DNA of 64,000 nucleotides, from NCBI RefSeq assembly GCF_009914755.1, contig NC_060930.1, one strand, 5' to 3'. Below are positions 13,969 to 26,704 of the stretch, in pieces. This DNA is from the human T2T-CHM13v2.0 reference genome, Homo sapiens. The stretch's first letter is position 1. Each line of letters starts with the position of its first letter. Under the pieces are notes generated by a model, which was not told where the DNA came from, ran no database searches, and saw only the letters and a list, made by a program, of their open reading frames with translations. A program made the position numbers and the translations under genes.

Positions 13969-16040
13969 GAAATTGTCTCTGTTTGCTGATGACTTGAGTT
14001 TATATATAGAAAACCCTAAAGACTCAACCAAAAAACTTTTGGTTGATAAGTGAGTTCAGTAAAGTTACAGGATACCAAATCAGCATATAAAAGCCAGTAG
14101 CATTTCTATATACTAACAACAAACTATCCGAAAGAGAAATTAAAAAAAAATTCCATTAATGATAGTAACAACAACAAAAAACCCAAAGAACAAACAAACA
14201 AAAATTGGGTGTAAATTTAACTAAGGAGGTATAATTGAAAACTATAAAACACTGATGAAAGAAATGGAAAAAAACCACAGATAAATGGAAAGATATATTG
14301 TATTCATGGATTTGAAGAATTAATATTGTTAAAATATTCATACTACCCAAAGCAATATACAGATTCAATGCAATCCTTATGAAAACTCCAATGTTATTTT
14401 TTTACAGAAATAGAAAAAAAATCCTAACGTTCATCTGGAACCACAAAAGACCTTCAATAGTCAAAGTAATCTTGAGCAAAAGGAACAGAGCTGGAGGCAT
14501 TACACTCTCTGTTTTTAAAATTTACTACAAAGCTATAGTAATCAAAACAGCAGGGCACTGTGATAAACAGACACATTGACCAATGCAACAGGAGAGAAAG
14601 CCCAGAAATAAACCTACATATTTATGGCCAGTTGATTTTTGACCAAGGTGCCAAGATCATACATGGGGAAACAACAGTTTCTTCAATAAAAGGTGTTGGG
14701 AAAACTGGATATCCACATGCTCAAGAATAAAATTGGATCCCTATCTCAAACCATAAAGAAAAATTACCTCAAAATAGATGAAAGACTTAAATATAAGATC
14801 TGAAACTGTAAAACTACCAGAAAAAAACATAAGGGGAATAGTTCAACAACATTAATCTAGGCAATGATTTTCTGGCTGTGACCCTGAAAGCACAGACAAC
14901 AAAACAAACTTGCACAAATTGGATTATATCAGACTAAAACGCTTTTGCACAGCAAAGGAAACAATCAACAGACTAAAGAGATAACCCAGAGTGGAAAAAA
15001 ATATTGGCAAACCATACATCTGATAAAGGGTTTATATTCAAAATATATAATGGACTCAAGCAACTCAACAGCAAGAAAACACATAACCCTATTAAAAAAA
15101 TGGGCAAAGGACCTGAACGGAGATTTCTCTAATGAAGACAAACAAATGGCCAACAGGTTCATGAGAAAATGCTCAACATCCCTAATCATTAGGGAAATGC
15201 AAATTAAAATCACAATAAGATAGCACCTCACACCTGTTAAAATGGCTATAAGAAAGATGAAAGATAAGTGTTGGTGAGGATGTGGAGAAAAGAGAACCCT
15301 TGTACACTGTTGGTGGAAATGTAAATTGGTACAGTTGTCATAGAAAGCAGTATGGAGGTTGTTCAAAATACTAAAATAGAACCACCATGTGATCCAGCAA
15401 CCTTGCTTCTGGGTATACATCTGAAGGAACTGAAATCAGTATGTTGAAGAGATATCTGCATTTCCATGTTCATTGTAGCATTGTTCACAATAGCCACGAC
15501 ATTGAATCAACCCATCAACAGATGAATGGATAAATAAAATGTGGTATATATACACAATGGAATACTATTAACCCTTAAACGAGAAGGAAATTCTGTCATT
15601 TCCAATAACATGAATGAAACTGGAGGACATTATGCTAAGTTAAATAAGCCAGGCACAGAAAGACAAATAGTGCATGATCTCACTTATGTGAGAATCTGAA
15701 ATAGTTGAACTCATAGAAATAGAGGCTAGAATGGTGGTTACCAGGGGTGGGAGGTCAGGAGAGGGAGATGTTGGTCAAAGGGTACAAAGTTTCAATTAGA
15801 TAGGAGGAATGTTTTTGAGATCTATTGCACAGCAGTGTGAACACAAGGAGTAATAATGGACATTTCAAAATTGCTGGGAGTAAATTTCAAATGTCTCACC
15901 ACAAAAAAAATCATGGGTGAGGCAATGAATATGTTAATTAGCTTGATTTAAACATTCTACATTGTATACACATATCACAACATCACAATGTACCCCCAAA
16001 ATATATACAATTATGGCTTTTCAATTAGAAATAATATTAA
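13969..16040 (+). mobile_element. 5'-truncated L1MA-type LINE-1 (ORF2 3' half plus 3'UTR), dead
   Basis: Starts at the RT motif LSLFADD (ttgtctctgtttgctgatgac); ORF2 remnants such as FIWNHKRP and KKWAKDLN; L1MA-like 3'UTR. Confidence 0.93.
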
Positions 16041-16084
16041 GAGAAGCAAACAAAAATACCAAAAATGGTTGAGTAATGAATGGC

Positions 16085-16384
16085 AAATTTCCTCTCTCTG
16101 CTTGAGCTGGGACATCGATCTCCTGCCCTTGGACGTTGGCACTCTGGCACTCAGGCCTTTGGACTCAGACTGGGACTTACTTTTTTGGCTGCCCTGGTTC
16201 CCAGGCCTGCAGGATTGGACTAGAACTACAGCTAGACTTTCCTGGGCCCGCAGCTTGCAGATGGCAGATCATAGGATTTCTCAGCCTCCACACTGAGTGA
16301 GCCAATTCCTTCCAAAAAATCTCTCTCCATATATCAATATATTTCCTATTGGTTCTGCTTATCTGGACAACCCTGACCAATACA
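16085..16384 (+). mobile_element. MLT2-type ERVL LTR, 3' part
   Basis: cagcttgcagatggcagatcataggatttctcagcctcca...aaccctgaccaataca. Confidence 0.85.
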
Positions 16385-17610
16385 CAGGGTGAATGCTCTT
16401 TTTGCTAAACCACAGTTGCTATTGCAGGCTGGCACCAGGGCTGACATAGAGTCTTCCTCTGCCCTCCAGAATGGTTGGTGCAGGAGCCTTAAACCACTCA
16501 ATGGGTCTGAACCCTTGGCAGTTGGGAACTGGCAGGGAAATGGTGTGCGGGCTCCTCCTCACTCCCAGCCTCTCCCTTGAGCATGGAAATTCGGCTAAGG
16601 ACCTCATGTCACTGAGGATGGCCCTATATTCACAAGCAACTGTGGATTAGAATTAAGTGGTGAGACACACTGTTGATGGTTTTACAGAGTTACCTGAATT
16701 CTTTTGGAACCAACTGAGATGTTATCTCAGCCTTAGAGGGCAGCTGCATCCTTTATATCCTGCCTTATTTCAAGGAGTCAACAATTTTATTTCTGAGAGG
16801 GTGAAAACATCTGTAATCCATCCAAGCTCTCCCATGTCTCCGCACCAAGGTTGCGAGTGTTTTCTGCATGTCTGAAGGAAGCCTGCCTTCACAGAGGTAA
16901 TACTGTGACACTTGAGGGCTGTGGAGTGCTAGAGATTCATCTGTTCATTCAACAAGCAGTCAGTGAAGGCCAGCTAAGCCTCAGGAACTGTGCCCGGCAC
17001 TGGGCTATCATCTGGTCCAACCACGTCATTTTACAGATGTAGAAACCTGAGCGCAGAGCCCCTCAGCTGCTGGCACATCTTTAAGGCAAAAATGTGATGC
17101 CTAAGTTTCACTCATTCACTCAATAAACACTTATGGAGGACCTACTGCGTGACAGTCACTGTGCTTGGTGTTGGGGAAAGAAAGACAATCTGTCCAGTGT
17201 GGGAGACACAGACTAATCATCACTGTCTAGTGTGACTAGCTGCATCACAGAGGGATATGCAGAGTTCTGTGTGAGCCCAGAGGGAGCTGAGATAGCTCTG
17301 GGGAGGGGAAGTTTGGACTATCTGACTTTGGAAATGTTTTAAACAGAGCCATGATATCGGAAGAAAGAAGATATATTAAAAGCTGCAGAACTCTTTCTTC
17401 AAATACAAGCTTAATGGAAAGAAAAAAAAAGATCTGAAGTTGTTTTGGTTGAATTTGAGTGGGCGAGAATCCCAAAGCTGCGCTGTTTGCACAGTGGCTG
17501 TCCTCACCCTTGCCTCGTGGTCCTGAAGGGGCTGTGGAGACCATCTAGGCTGCACAGAGCACATTTTGCAGACCACTGGGCTAGAGGATGCTGGAAGATC
17601 CCCTTCCGTT

Positions 17611-17892
17611 GTTTTCTCTTTTTCTTTTTTATTTTTTTAAATTTGCTGTCTCCCAGGCTGTAGTGCAGTGGCTCACAGCAGTCTTGACTTCAAGGAATCT
17701 TCCCGCCTTAGCCTCCCAAGTAGCTAGGACTACAGGTATGTGCTGCTGTACCTGGCTAATTTTTTAATCTTTTCTAGAAATGAGGTCTCGCTATGCTGCC
17801 CAGGCTGGTCTCCAACTGCTGGCCTCAAGCGATTCTCCTACCTTGGCCTCCCAAAGTGCTGAGATTACAGGTATGAGCCACTGTGCCTGCCC
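17611..17892 (-). mobile_element. Degenerate AluJ
   Basis: gaggtctcgctatgctgcccaggctggtctccaactgctggcctcaagcgattctcc. Confidence 0.9.
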
Positions 17893-18724
17893 CGCCGTCC
17901 CCCATCCCCCCCCAACCCCGGTTTCAGTTCAGTCTCAATCAGTGGCTCCTCTCCATATCCTTGGATTCCCAGTTTCACACACTGGATCATGCTAGGTGCT
18001 CAGTGAAATCTGGGGAATAAATGGTTGACAGTCTGGCCTTTTGCTTTCTCTTAAATTTGTTGTCCCTAGGTGCAGAACTGCAAAAAGCATTTCAAAACTC
18101 AGTCTTTACCAATTTTACATCAAATGGGAGAAAGTGGCATCAACAGCCGAGGCCTGTCTTTGAAGAACAACAGGGATGCCACAAGAGGTCACTGCAGGAA
18201 TGCTGGTTGGGGGAAAAGAGCCCTCTCAGAGGACTAAACTAGAACAACGCAGTGAAACAGGGAGCCAGCAGCTTCAGAGCCTCTCTCCAACCCGTAAGGC
18301 CCTTGCAGGGGACTCAGAGCTGCCTCTGCCTGATTTCCCGGGTCAGGTAGTGAAACACCAGCCAGTGGCAATCCCAGGGCTCCACGTGGCATCACAGTCG
18401 AATGGCTTGTTCTTGGGGGCTGCTTTTGTTCAAGGAGATCTTTGTTCCTGGGGCAGTGAGAAGAGGGAGGAGGGAGGTGGAAAGAGGGGTAGTGCCCAAG
18501 AGGTAGTATTCGTGGGGGAATCTCAGCCATCCTTTGGAACTTGTTGATCTTAAGTTTAAGATATTTTCTTTTTTTAATTAATACTATCAGTATAACTATC
18601 TTCTATAACAGTATATGAAACATGCTCGCTGTCGAGGAAATGGGATGTTCCAGTAAGCTCTGTTTTCACAGAAGTTGGGTCAAGGGGTAAACGCAGAGAA
18701 GCGTAAATGCAGAGAAACCCCCAT

Positions 18725-19066
18725 CCCGCACACAAACACACAAACCACACACACATATAACATGTACAACATATCCATACCACCAACACACCACACACAC
18801 ACACAAACCCACAAACCACACACACATACACACCACACACACAAGCACAAAACACACATACAACACATACAACATATCCAACATACCACATACACACATA
18901 CCACATGCCACATATACATACAATACATACAACATACCCACACTGCACACATACCACATATACACATGCATACAACATATATCCATACCACATACACACA
19001 CACCACATGCCGCATATACACAGCACACACGTACATACACAACAGACACACGCATACACACACCCC
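18725..19066. repeat. Degenerate (CA/CATA/CCACA)n low-complexity tract, ~340 bp
   Basis: Almost purely C/A with interspersed T on the + strand. Confidence 0.95.
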
Positions 19067-20369
19067 AACTAACCCAAACTATTTCCCACTCTTCTCTGTG
19101 GTTCAGAATCCTGCCCATTCCTCAAGACTCAGCCCAGGCCTGTGGTCTTGGTGACAACCCCCCAGGGCCACTCCTTCTGGTAAGAACGGGAAGTTCTCAT
19201 GGCCTGTCCCTCTCACCTGACACATTTCACATGCTGCTTGGTAGTGTGATGTATCTTTTAAATTTTAACCACAGGCACCTGTTAAGGGTTTTGATTGTGA
19301 ACTGAACAAGATCCAGCCCTGATCAAATATTGCTTAGAAGAGATATTTGAGAGAGAGGCCACAGCCCACGTTCCTGGGGCTGGATTCTTCCAGTTTTAGT
19401 CCTGCTCTGTGTGGCCATCAGAAAGCTGAGTACCCGGATCCTATTATCTTGGCCGCTCACATAAACGCTTTCAGTGAGCTATGCTTTAATGTCAGGCCTC
19501 TAGCTTTTATAGAGGGTCGATACAAGAATCATCTGGTTGAATAACATTTCGGTATCTTTTGTAAAACTGCAGTTGAAGACATCGTTCACTGTGTCACTCA
19601 GTGTCCTTTATACAAGGATCCGCACGATAAATTCTGGCTTGTATTTAGTTCCAGGAAGAAATTCTATTTTCTGCAGATAAATTAGTTAGTATGCTTCCTG
19701 CTGTCAGAAAATGAAAACTATGTAACTCTGGGTGCCTCTTTTTTGCTTAGCAGCTAGACAAGAGAGAGCCAAATTTATTGCCTGTGTGTTGTAATTTGCT
19801 CAGCTGTGGAGTCCAAAAGCACTTATGCCTTCTACTTCTTTTAAATGGGCTTATTTTATTTTATGCTCAAATGTCTCATTGTGCTTTTGCAAAATGTGTG
19901 AGTCTGGAAGTCACCTGGGGAAGCATTCATCTGGCCATTGACTTGGCCTATTTATTGCTTGTGCTGGCTGCTAGGGATTCGAAGATGAATTTGACTGCAC
20001 CCACCTTTCCTGGAGCTTACATTTTAGCATGGAGAATATATATGGAAATAAATAATTACAAAATAGGGTTGGTGCTTTAACAGAGACCCATGAGGCGGAG
20101 GCAAAAGCAGATTTTGGGAGAAGGGGTCAGGGAAGGCTTCACAGAGGAGGTCAATGTTGAATTGGTTTTGTGGCTACAGTGGGAAGAGGACAGTGAATGG
20201 AAGAATGTAGGTAGCTGAATCTGATACTTAAAAAAAGGAGTTGTCTTTTTATGCACATGTCAACTCATCCTGGTTAGATTGGAAACTCTTTGAGGGCAGG
20301 CACTGGATACAGCCCTCTGTGGATTCCATGATGCCTGGCAAAGTGCTAAGGGCAGTGCAGCGTGATGGC

Positions 20370-20580
20370 TGGAACACTGCTGTGGACCCAGGCTACTGGC
20401 CTTGCATCCACAGCGGAGCAAAGTTAGGCAGGTTTCCTTAACCCCTTTGGGCCTTAAATGTAAAGTGAGGATAATAGTAACATCTACGTCATTGGGTTGT
20501 GAGCATTAAAGAAAGAAACACATGTAGAGAACTTAGTAACATGCCTGGCACATGGTAAAGTACTCAAGAAACATTTGCTG
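20370..20580 (+). mobile_element. MIR
   Basis: tgtaaagtgaggataatagtaacatctac...tgcctggcacatggtaaagtactcaag. Confidence 0.7.
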
Positions 20581-21062
20581 ATTAGTCTCATCTGCATTAT
20601 CAACAATACTAAATCATTTGGGGTCGATAGTACAGTAAAGTGGTAAAAACACACACAACTGAATTCAGCAAAGCACTCTCAGCTCAGCTAGCTGAATCTA
20701 GTTAAGTTAGTATCATTTCCAACTGACGCCTAATTTAAAAATAACATTGTTCTATTGTTTCCTGAAATAGTGTGTGGGAGTCAGCCCTCCTATAAGCCCT
20801 GATGATGTTCTTAGAGATGGTTATTGATGTTTGTCTTAAAAGACACCCCCAGCTCTGACTGTCACATCTAGGGAGCTCACAAGGTACAATGCTTCTTCAG
20901 CCTCCTTTTTGTCTTCATTAGTTCTCCTGTCCACTAAGTTTTAAAAGGACCAGGGTTCGGTAGATGTTTATGTTTCCTGATGTATCTTGGGTGAGTTGTA
21001 AATGAAGAAAGAACCATAGTCTTGACTTTCAGCCAGGAAAGAGAGTAGGAATCCTTATAAAA

Positions 21063-21120
21063 GCACATGCACAGTCACGCGTGTGTGCACATGCACGCGC
21101 ACACACACACACGCACACAC
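21063..21120. repeat. Alternating purine-pyrimidine (CA/CG/TG) tract
   Basis: cacgcgtgtgtgcacatgcacgcgcacacacacacacgcacacac. Confidence 0.85.
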
Positions 21121-21147
21121 CCGGCCATGAAAGGGCCATCCATATGC

Positions 21148-21573
21148 CATTGGTGTGGTGGCAAATGTTTAACAGCCACTCTTTGGAAAAAAAAAAAAGC
21201 CACATTTATAATACTTGCCAATTTCCTTGGTGTAAATATTTCCAGCATGGCTGATTTGAAGCCACCAGTATGATCTCGCTAAATGTGGATTTGGGAAGAG
21301 AGGCACCGCAGCACCTCGTCACACAGTGTTCCCACCACACAGATACAGTGGATACAGATCACTTCAAAAGCACAGATAATAACACAATGTAGTAAATTAA
21401 CTAGGAAGTGGTGAATTTTGAGTATTTGTTACCTTTGTTTCTTAATATAACATTTAATCGTAAACTTATCTAATTTAATTTTAATAACATCTTTGTTTAA
21501 AAACGGCTCCCCACATTCCTGGAGTACTAACAGTTTATGCTTTTATGGACTGAGCCAGCTCAGCACACCACTG
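21148..21573 (-). mobile_element. MER63B-like hAT-Blackjack element
   Basis: TIRs cattggtgtggtgg...cagcacaccactg; first ~150 bp homologous to the 11546 element. Confidence 0.8.
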
Positions 21574-22694
21574 GGAATGGCTTATCATCATCCATGAATG
21601 ATTTCTTCCAAATGGTGCCTCTCACATTACCACTAAATCTTTGTTCCTTTGGGATATGGGATTGCCTTTATAGAAATTTCCCTGGGCACACATCTACTTA
21701 CACATCCAGAGACATATTCTTATGCAAAACATATAAGAAAAACTCTCCTGATCCAACTTGCTCATCACCCTTCCCCACGACAAACCCAAACCGATCACAC
21801 CCACACTTTCATGAAACCATAGGAACATGTAGGCAAAAGAAAGAAACAATAACAGAGGAAATACTGAGAATGGAGAGTGAGAGAAAGTGAAAAGAAGCAG
21901 ACAAAGGGAACAGAATGAAAAGGGTGATGGTAGTAGAAGATACACAAAAAAGACAGAAATGAAAGGGGGCGTACCACTGAGTCACTTCTTTACTCTTAGA
22001 TCTGAAGCCTGAATTACAAAACATCAGGGAATCCAAATACACCGAGTAGGCTGCCTTTACTCTTACCGGAGCCCTCTGTCCTAGCCTTCAGCCCAACTGC
22101 TGGGCTGAAGGGCGAGAGTTAAGGTTCTATAAGCAATCTGTCTTGAGAGGTTTCTCTCAATGAGGAGAATTCCCATCTGAAATGCGGCCACCTGGGACAC
22201 ACAAGCTCTGGCAGTTCCAAATCTCCATCAGACAACCTCCTAAGGAGCTTGGACGGCAACATGGCATTTAATCTCAGAATGGCAGCTGGGAGATGTTAAC
22301 ACTTCTTCTCTAATTGGGATAGTATGCTTTTAAAATAAATAGGTATTTCAAATGCTCTTAATTAGACTTCCAGCCAAAGTGCTTTCTGTTTGAAGTTTGC
22401 TGATTACTTCAGGCAAAGCTAGGCGCTACTGAACCTAACACCTGCTGTAATTCAGAAGACTCCCAGAGAGATGAGCAGAGGAATTAAGGCACAAGCCTGT
22501 GATTGAAAACATACAGCAGTTTTCCAAAGGCCCAGGAAGTGTCTGCCCCAGCTGGAAGGACCATCCCTGGGAGGGGTGGGGACTGGGCAGCAGAGAGGAT
22601 GGAAGATCTCTTGCCCACAAAGTCATGGAAATGGCTTCCCAGACCGAAGATGAAAATTGCCCCTAGAGTTGAGTGGTATTTTTCACATCATTGT

Positions 22695-24712
22695 TTGTTT
22701 ATTTTTAAATTTCCATTTTTAAATTTTAGATTCAGAGGTACATGTGCAGGTTTATTACAAGGGTATATTGCATGATGCTGAGGTTTGGGCTTGTATTGAT
22801 CTCGTCACGAAGGTAGTGAACCTAGTAACCAATAGGAAGTTTCTCAGCCCTTGCCCACTTCCCTTCCTACCTCCTTTTGGAGTCTCTGGTGTTTGTTGTT
22901 TCCATCTTTATGTCTGTGTGAACTCAAGATTTAGCTCCCACTTACAAGTGAGAACATGCGGTATATGGTTTTCTGTTCCTGCGTTAATTCATTTGGGATA
23001 ATGGCCTGCAGCTGTATTCATGTTGCCGCAAAGGATGTGATTTTGTTTTTTTTTATGGCCGTGTAGTGTTCCATGATGTGTACCACATTTTCTTTATCCA
23101 ATCTGCCATTGATGGGCACCTAGATTGATTCCATGTCTTTGCTATTGTGAATAGTGCTGCAATGAACATAAGTTTGAGTGCCTGTGTCTTTTGGTAGAAT
23201 GATTTATTTTTCTTTTGGTATATAGCCAGTAATGGGATTGCTGGGTTGAATGGCAGTTCTATTTTTAGTTCTCTGAGAAATCTCCAAACTGCTTTCCAGA
23301 GGAGGTGAAATAATTTGCATTCCCACCAGCAGTGTATAAATATACCCTTTTCTGTGCAACCTTGCCAACATCCGTTATTTTTTGACTTTTTAGCAATAGC
23401 CATTCTGACTGGTGTGAGATGGTATCTCGTTGCGATTTTGATTTGCATCTTTCTGATTATTACTGATGTTGAACATTGTTTTGTATGTTTTTTGGCCACT
23501 TGTATGTCTTCTTTTGAGAAGTGTCTGTTCCTGTCTTTGCCCACTTTTTAATAGGGTTCTTTTTTTCTTATTGATTCATTTAAGTTCCTTATCGATTCTG
23601 GATATTAATCCTTCATTGGATGCATAGTTTGCAAATATTTTCTCCCATTCTGTAGGTTGTCTGTTTACTCTGTTGAGAGCTTCTTTTGCTGTGCAGAAGT
23701 TCTTTAGTTTAATTAAGTTCCATTTGTCTATGTTTGATTTTGCTGCATTTGCTTTTGGGGTCTTCATCATAGATTCATTGTCTAGACCAATGTCTAGAAA
23801 AGTATATCCTAGGTTTTCTTCTAGAATTTTAACAGATTGAAGTCTTACATTTAAGTCTTTAATTCATCTTGAGTTAATTTTTGTGTATGGTTAGAGGTAG
23901 GAATCTAGTTTCATTCTCTGCAAACGGTTAGTTTTCCCAGCACCATTTATTGAATAGGGTGTTCTTTCCCCATTGTTTATTTTTGTTGACTTTGTTGGAG
24001 ATCAGTTGGTTGTAGGTGTGCAGCTTTATTTCAGGAGTCTTTGTCTTGTTCCATTGGTCTATATGTCTGGTTGTGTACTAATACCGTACTGTTTTGGTTA
24101 CTGTAGCCTTGTAGTTTAGTTTGTAATGGGTAATGTGATATCTCCAGCTTTGTTCTATTTGCTTAGGATGGCCTTGGCTATTTAGGCTCTTTTATGGTTC
24201 CATATGAATTTTAGAATAGTTTTTTTTTCTAATTCTGTGAAAAATGACATTGGTAATTTGATAGAAATAGCATTGAAACTGTAGATTGTTTTGGACATTT
24301 AAACAATATTGATTCTTCCAATTCATGAGCATGGAATGCTTTTCCATTTGTTTGTGTTGTCTATGATTTCTTCCAGCAGTGTTTTACAGGTGTCCTCATA
24401 GAGATCTTTCACCTTCATCATTAGATGCATTCCTAGGTATTTTAATTTTTTTGTGGCTATTGTAAATGGGTTGCATTCTTGATTGTCAGCATGAAAGTTT
24501 TTGGTGTCTGGAAATGCTACTGATTTTGTACATTCATTTTGTATCCTGAGACTTTGCTGAAGCAGTTTATCAGGTCTTGGAGTCTTTTGGCAGAATCTTT
24601 AGGGTTTTCTAGGTATACGGTCATATCAGCAAAGAGAGATAACTTGACTTCTCTTCTGTTTGGATGCCTTTTATTTCTTTCTCTGGCCTAATTGCTCTGG
24701 CTAGGACTTCCT
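22695..24712 (-). mobile_element. 5'-truncated L1PA15/16-like LINE-1, sense to KIF6
   Basis: ORF 23053..23544 is an L1 ORF2 C-terminus (HCWWECK, MFIAALFTIAKTWNQ); primate-type 3'UTR. Confidence 0.93.
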
Positions 24713-25589
24713 ACGTTGCTATTCCTATTGAACCAGCAACATGAAGGCTGAAGAAGAGGGCAGATGTTTCAGGGCCAGGTGGCAGCCCTTGGGGACAACT
24801 CCATATCCAGGGACCTGCCAGGGTGAGCACGAAGCAGGATACAGAGGCCCATAAGGTCACCTTGGTACAGTTTTCCAGCAGAGGTCATTCTGCCTTCCCA
24901 AGCCTGGCCCAAGGAGTTAGGGCCCTGGGGCAGCCTGGCTCTTTGTTGAAGACACTTCGCAGAATCTCAATGCTAAGTGTGTGCCCAAGTCTCTGGCGCT
25001 GGGAGGGCAGTGTACCTGACCCCAGTCCCAGGGCCAACAGTGGGAAGCTCAGAGCTCCAGTTGCCGTGGCTTAGGTGCCCTTGTTCTATGTTCCTGATGT
25101 AATCAGCAGCTATTCTATATCATCATTATTACTACTGAAACGAAACAACCAACTTTCCTAATAATACAAATTACCAAAGTCAAATGAGCCATCGTCATGA
25201 CTTTAGAGGCTCTCCTCTATTTCCCCACCATTGGCCCTGGGTGCTGGATTTCTCCGATTACAGGTAATTGAGGGCCCACACCATCTCAAGGGGAACTTTT
25301 TTTGTCTGGAATACATGAATTTCTTATTTAATCAAAGTTCTCCATAAATTGTTGGTCCCAGCTAGCTGGAGAGGAAATGAGGAGGTTCTACCCAGGATAC
25401 CCACTCCACCAGTCCTCTGCAAGCTATACTCTTCTCCTAGGTGACTTCATTGGGTCACATATCAAAAAAGGGTGTTTTCTGCAGATGTCCACTGCTTAAA
25501 AGGTGCCAAGGGCCTCTTAGAATATGACTGTCCTTGTTTTGTATTTGCATTCTTCATGCGTTAAAGCGGGTTGATCATTGCAGTGGGCA

Positions 25590-25800
25590 GTAAATAGCAT
25601 GAGGGCTAACAGCACCAAGCTTGGAACAGAACTGGGTTCAAATACTTGTTTCAACACTCACTGGCTACATGACCTTGGGAAGGCACTGCATCTCCCCCAT
25701 CTGGTAAATGCACTTACCTCTTTGGACTGCTGTGGATGAAAGGAGACTGCATATGAGGCTGTGCAACAGACACGGGTCTGTAAACAAATGCTGTTTTCAT
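25590..25800 (+). mobile_element. MIR
   Basis: ctgggttcaaatac...gaccttggga. Confidence 0.7.
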
Positions 25801-26165
25801 CATTAACTATTTCTGTTAGGATTAGTTAGTAGTGGCTCTGAAAAGCTCAGATAGGACCTTGAGAATCTGGGACACAGTGGGTGAATTTAGGTGGGGATGT
25901 GGGGTGGGAAAGGAGGGGAGGATGAGGCAACAGCTGGAAGAGTAGGGTGCTGGGTGCTGATGGCCAGGCGCAAGAACACAGGCTGGGGAAACAGATCCTG
26001 TTAGAGGAGGGGCATCCAAGGAAAGCTGTGTGGATAGCAACCCTTGCCATCCTTAACCTCAGAGAGGGTTTTAAATGGGTTATCTTTTAGCTGGGTTTGG
26101 ATTCCTAAAATCAGGTCAGTTTATATTACCTTCATCCTCTTCCTGCAGATTCTCTTTGTACCTAC

Positions 26166-26216
26166 CTAGGGCTACTTGCTGTATATGCCGCTGGGTGATT
26201 TCTTCCTTCAGGTGAC
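26166..26216 (-). CDS. KIF6: KIF6 internal coding exon (51 nt, probably exon 16): (G)HLKEEITQRHIQQVAL(G)
   Basis: ttttcttttgtgtctttggcag|GTCACCTG...GCCCTAG|gtaggt; phase 1/1; its peptide is not in the ORF track (the overlapping ORF is in another frame) but joins the neighbouring exons in frame. Confidence 0.93.
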
Positions 26217-26704
26217 CTGCCAAAGACACAAAAGAAAACTACCAGTGGGTTTCCAATGGGCTGGAGGAAGACTGCCTCAGAAGCATGTGGCAAGCTACAG
26301 AAAAAAAAAAAAAAAGGTAGAGTAAGGGAAACAAAAGCAGGCATAGCTTCCAAGAAATGACCTTCCATGATTCCTAGATCGTGTTGGAAGAAGAGGTTGC
26401 AAAGGCCTAGGTGCTGGCACATCAGTGCAAACACACATTTCACCCTTGAGTTCAATCATCTTAGGATTCAAGTATCTTAGCCTGTCACCCATAACTTTCA
26501 CTGAGGCCCCTATTCTCTTAAATGGTTCTTTCTATTATTAATAAAGGGAAAAGCAGAATTTGGTCTTTTAATAATATTTAGGCCTACTTTAAAATCCACA
26601 TCTTTATTTAAGCTACATGAAACTGTGTCAAATAAAAAAAGATGGTGGTTTTAACTGACAATAACCCTAATAGTTGGTCATTTGGTGTGAAACTCATATA
26701 ATTC

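Noticed and set aside
18574-19154. Four long Cys/Val- or His/Thr-rich ORFs
   Set aside because: Stop-free translation of a CA/TG low-complexity tract, not genes.
11546-21573. Two MER63 elements as the ends of a composite transposon
   Set aside because: Each has its own pair of TIRs, there is no shared TSD, and no transposase lies between them.
13969-24712. RT/ORF2-like peptides as an active retroelement or novel RT system
   Set aside because: Fragmented, 5'-truncated old L1 copies with many stops and frameshifts.
25712-25831. Possible 95-nt MIR-derived exon (GAG|gtaagt donor, TACTAAC upstream)
   Set aside because: The branch motif is only ~13 nt from the AG and the pyrimidine tract is poor.
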